A stretch of 63,380 nt of DNA, from the NCBI GenBank assembly GCA_001275005.1, contig JWZX01003286.1, forward strand, positions 1 through 63,380, read 5' to 3'. How positions within the stretch are numbered: the stretch's first letter is position 1; every line of letters starts with the position of its first letter. A program made the position numbers and the translations under genes. The stretch comes from Chrysochromulina tobinii (taxonomy: Eukaryota). The notes under the pieces are model-generated. The model was not told the origin of the DNA, made no database searches, and was given only the letters and a program-made list of their open reading frames with translations. Shown in pieces: positions 60,366 through 63,380 of the stretch.

Positions 60366-60998
60366 AGCTCGAGGAGCACGAGCGCGAGCGCCGCGATGCT
60401 CGAGCAGGTACGTTGATTGCCACTGATGATCTGCCTTGCATGCATGCGCTCACCACGGCGCCTCACCGAGCGCCGCGATGCTCGAGCAGGCGGCCTGCGC
60501 GCTGTGTGACGATCTGACTTGCGTGCATGTGCTCACCACGGCGCTCCCATGCTCGAGCAGGCGGCCCGCGCGCTGTGTGAGTATGACGACGCACGGCTCC
60601 GGACTCTCGTCGGGAAGGATCCGCTCACGACCGAGGATGCTCTGATGTGGCGATGCTTTGACCTGACGTACGCCGCGCGCCTGCTCACCGACGGCTACGG
60701 ATTCGACCCGAACGCTCCCGTCATCGACTTCATGGGCGACGTCGACGGCGTCGAGGTGGAGTGGACGCTAGGAGCGTTGCTCAACGAGCTGATGCTCCTG
60801 GCTGAGGCCAACGGCTTTGCCGGCCACGCTAGCCACGGCGGCAGCGGTGCGGGCGGCGGCTTCGGGGCCTCGAAGGTGCTTGCCTTGCTAGCGGCAGCGC
60901 TGGCCGCGTTCTTTCTCTTGCCACGCGTCTGCGGTGAGACGCGCCGCTTGATCCGTCTCCGAGGCGGAGGGCGCGCTCAGCTGCTCAACAAGTGGTGA
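58742..60998 (+). CDS. GDA1/CD39-family nucleoside phosphatase (apyrase); introns 59580-59664, 59796-60116, 60408-60560
   Basis: Apyrase conserved regions DGGSTGTRVHVF, ATAGMR, GDDEGVFGWLSANY, DLGGGSTQI and VEWTLG, plus a C-terminal TM helix. Confidence 0.92.
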
Positions 60999-61398
60999 CA
61001 CGTCGCACTCACCCGAAGTGCGCGTCTTGCATGGGTGCAACGTGGTCGGGTTGCGGTCCGACTGTGCGGCGCGGTGCGGTATAATTAATCGGATTGCTCC
61101 GGTTCCCGCTCCAGACCGCTGCCGTCGCACCCGACCGTCACCCAATTTTTTCTTAAGCGCGCCTACCTCGTACCTGGAGCTGTACCGTGGCATACCGCAT
61201 ACGCCAGCGACCGGCCCGCGCAAGCCGCTGCTGCGCAGCGGGGCCAGGCCCGCGGTTTCGTACGATTTCGTCACGTCACGGATGCCAACACACGCTAACC
61301 GTGTGAAGGCGGCTACACATGCACTTTGACGCCCACCTCCGTTGATTCAATCCTATAGCGCCAAGCTGCTAACGTGCACCATCTGCGGAGTGAAGCTC

Positions 61399-61944
61399 CT
61401 ATCCATCGACGCCGGCCAGCCAATCGAGCCCTTGTCGCTGGCACTTTTCACGGAAGCGTTGCAACCAGCGCTCGAGAGTGTTGAGAGGCATCTCCACTTT
61501 GAGCTCACCCGCCAAATTGACCGTGACGGCAAAGGATGTGAGGTAGTTGTACAGGTCCTGGCCTATGCGCCGGCCCGCCTCCAGCACCTCAGCGCTCACG
61601 CGCTCCGCGGGAAGTGCAGCAAGGGACGCCGTGGGCTCAAGCGAGACGCCAAATTGTACGGTGGTCGGCATGGCGTCACCGGCTGTCCAGACATAGCGCG
61701 TCTTGAACAGTGCGCTCGGCGCTTCTGAGGTCACCGGCCCGAGGTAGTGCCACTTTTCGAAGGGAGCCGAGGCGATGTGGCAGCCGAGCGCCATCCCGGG
61801 CGGCAGCGGCTGCGAGATGAAGCACGCGAGCTCGTTGATCGGCGTAGCGTTCGTGACTTCAATGACCCAACGGTTGGTGTCGACCTGCCGGAAGGCGCTC
61901 GCATTGATGATCGGTAAGCCCGGCACGAAGCAGCTGAAGGACAT
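61399..61944 (-). CDS. Hikeshi/OPI10 (DUF775) family protein
   Basis: MSFSCFVPGLP, WHYLGPVTSEAPSALFK, QFGVSLEP, DLYNYLTSF, LERWLQRFREK. Confidence 0.85.
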   Translation of the reverse strand: MSFSCFVPGLPIINASAFRQVDTNRWVIEVTNATPINELACFISQPLPPGMALGCHIASAPFEKWHYLGPVTSEAPSALFKTRYVWTAGDAMPTTVQFGVSLEPTASLAALPAERVSAEVLEAGRRIGQDLYNYLTSFAVTVNLAGELKVEMPLNTLERWLQRFREKCQRQGLDWLAGVDG

Positions 61945-62269
61945 TAGTCCAGAAACACCACGCGCGACCGTCAACGCGGGCGCGCGCGGCGGCCGCCCGA
62001 CGCTCGTGCGAGAGAGCCCCGAAAGGGAGCTTCTGGACGCGCCGGCGCCGGGCGCCGCCGAAGGGGCGCCCTTTCGATGCATACGCTCGCTTTTCCACGA
62101 AGCCCGTCTGCAAGAAGTCAGCGAAATCCTCCCTATAGGAGAGTTGCATTTTGTGTGTCGCCGATGAAATTTGCAATCACCGACCGCGCCGTTGCACACG
62201 TCGGGTCAGCCTGTTTTCTCGTTGCGAGTCCTCGCGGCGTCTTGCCAAGGTTGCTGACCCAAGGCTCCG

Positions 62270-63138
62270 ATGCCGCCTAAGAAGAAGAAGGCTGCCGAGC
62301 CCGAGCCGGTGGCGGTGGCGGCCCCCGAGACCTCTGGCGAGGAATCCAACGAGCGCTATGTGCCTGGCGCGAACGACTGGGAGCCCGCAAAGATCTACGT
62401 CCGACCAAAGGAGCAGCTGCAGCTCTCTGACAAGGAGCTAAAAGAGGAGTTCACCCGGATCCTGAAGGCGGACAATCCGGAGGTTTGCCTGCGCGGGGAG
62501 CATGGCGTCAAGCAAAAGACGCTCATCCGCTTCTCTCACAAGGAGAAGTGCTACAAGGTGGACGGGACCATTGAGCAGGCGGAGGTGCACTTTGCGCAGG
62601 AGGGCATCCTCCTAGATGTCAAGTCGGACGAGGCGAAGAAGCAGAAGGAGAAGGAGGACGACGAGAAGGCGGCGCAGGCTCGCCAGATTGAGCTGGCCCA
62701 TCAGGAGGGCGGCGACGGCGGCGACGGCGACGAGACGAATCTACGCAACCAGTTCAACTTCTCGGAGCGCGCGTCGCAGACGCTCAACAACGCGCTGCGC
62801 GAACGGGGCACGATGACGGAGCCGCCGCCGTCGGTCGAGTACTCGTCGCAGTGCACGCAGTGGGAGATGTACGACGCGTACATGGAGGATCTCGAACGAA
62901 AGAAGGAGCTAGAAGGCAAAAAGTCGAAAAAGGGTGGCGCCCCTAAGAAGGCGACAAACCAGGCGCAGCAGAAGGGGTCGGAGGACGTGGTGCACACGGC
63001 GGCGATGGCGCACGCTGCCAAGATCCTCGAGCGCATGTGCAACCAGAACACCTTTAGCGACGTCACCGAGGACTTCAAGTTCTGGGAAGACCAGTCGGAC
63101 CTTTACCGTGATGAGGGCACGCTTCTACCTCTCTGGCG
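62270..63138 (+). CDS. DNAI1: Axonemal outer-arm dynein intermediate chain 1 (IC78/DNAI1), first exon; gene continues beyond the window
   Basis: LKEEFTRILKADNP, LRNQFNFSERASQT, TEPPP, LERMCNQNTF, FKFWEDQSD...EGTLLPLW. GT donor at 63139. Confidence 0.9.
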
Positions 63139-63380
63139 GTAAGTGATGCTCGACCGACCGACATCGCACGGCCGGCCGCCCCCGCCCTCCATCGCGACCG
63201 GCTTCGCTGCCCGCCCTTGGTGACCCCCCTTTTGGTCGGGCGCCCACGGCGACGCCTTGCGTCGGGCGCCCACCGCGGCGCCTTAATCGAGCGCCCGCGG
63301 CGGCGCGATTGCTCCTCCGGCCTCGCCCGCCGCCTCGCGCACCCCTCACCACGCCGCCCCCCTCTCACGCCCCCCCCCCT

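Overview
GC-rich eukaryotic nuclear DNA, not prokaryotic. It has spliceosomal introns, histone H4 with a 3' stem-loop, an axonemal dynein intermediate chain, a mitochondrial carrier and signal-peptide-bearing, probably plastid proteins. By inference it is a flagellated alga, most resembling haptophytes such as Chrysochromulina. About 27 densely packed genes are recognisable. The largest is a >2,200-aa FG-GAP/Cys-rich/multi-TM receptor that the ORF track misses because it runs off the window edge. Two signals stand out. (1) About 29 introns in 9 genes are built from sense-strand arrays of ~10-nt YTGAT-core units, interleaved with copies of their own flanking exon ends or of the spliced exon-exon junction. 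Many end in CCCTCATCAG. This looks like a templated intron-generating process unlike classical introner transposons. (2) The receptor has 14 near-identical propeller blades with two hypervariable loops that change mainly at codon positions 1-2. Also present: an ADP-ribosyltransferase-like ORF next to a HET/TIR-like-TPR gene, a WWE-RING-DTC Deltex, and several glycosyltransferase-like genes. Several 1-nt frameshifts are probably assembly errors. Exon boundaries and domain calls were made by eye, with no database searches.
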